From positions 256,001 to 320,000 of the forward strand of contig CAVYYZ010000011.1 of the NCBI GenBank assembly GCA_963772835.1: a DNA stretch of 64,000 bases, written 5' to 3'. Origin of the DNA: an uncultured delta proteobacterium (lineage in GTDB: Bacteria; Desulfobacterota; Desulfuromonadia; Geobacterales; Pseudopelobacteraceae). Positions 63,776 through 64,000 of the stretch are shown here, in pieces. The notes below the pieces were generated by a model. It saw only the letters and a list, made by a program, of their open reading frames with translations. It was not told where the DNA came from and did not search any database. A program made the position numbers and the translations under genes. Numbering within the stretch: the stretch's first letter is position 1; every line of letters starts with the position of its first letter.

Positions 63776-64000
63776 TTAAAAAAACTCTTCCAGCCACTGA
63801 CTGATCATTGCTACTCCCCAGAGCATATCCAGTTCCATTTGAGGAGCACCATTTCTGCATGCCCTCTCGTGTCTGGCAACCAGAAGTTCGGTATTAAAAA
63901 GTCCCGTGTCCGTGAGTTTACAGCTTCCTAACCTTGTTTTGATGTAGTCCGCCCAACTGCCAACCATCCATGTATGATAGGGAATCTGAGAACCAAATGG
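63776..64000 (-). CDS. C-terminal part of an asparagine-synthetase-like (AsnB / lasso-cyclase fold) protein, 5' truncated
   Basis: Frame open to window edge: PFGSQIPYHTWM...L..TGLFN...RH...MLWGVAMISQWLEEFF*, resembling the AsnB C-terminal P..W / G.F / H / LW...W pattern. Confidence 0.55.
   Translation of the reverse strand, partial: PFGSQIPYHTWMVGSWADYIKTRLGSCKLTDTGLFNTELLVARHERACRNGAPQMELDMLWGVAMISQWLEEFF

Overview
Bacterial chromosome segment whose gene content and order suggest Geobacteraceae/Desulfuromonadia (inference). No prophage, transposase, rRNA or CRISPR array was seen. (1) 1-25.5 kb is a lactate/2-hydroxyacid catabolic region: GlcD- and GlcF-like dehydrogenase subunits, two FadR/GntR paralogues, a TRAP transporter, LutC, a LutB-CCG fusion and sucCD. 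A 12-gene cassette (ECF A/A'/T, rnfCDGEAB, apbE, NusG-II protein, Gx protein) is embedded in it. Three promoters share a TTGAC-N17/18-TAATTGGTA operator architecture. A DJ-1/HD-GYP in-frame fusion runs off the left edge. (2) 25.8-41.3 kb holds an M16 peptidase, a PyrR-attenuated pyrR-pyrB-pyrC-carA-(3 genes)-carB operon, greA, MoxR/DUF58/transglutaminase and tRNA-His. (3) 41.3-60.8 kb holds TatD-radical SAM, a TPR protein, an NtrY/NtrX-like pair with a degenerate sigma54 activator, CtpA, trpDC, a RomR-like regulator, a serine hydrolase, argJ, secA, ychF, pth, rplY and prs. (4) The right edge carries an asparagine-synthetase-like C-terminus, a radical SAM/SPASM enzyme and a B12-dependent radical SAM, a candidate peptide-modifying (RiPP-like) cluster that continues beyond the window. 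Products were assigned by eye from motifs; no database searches were run.
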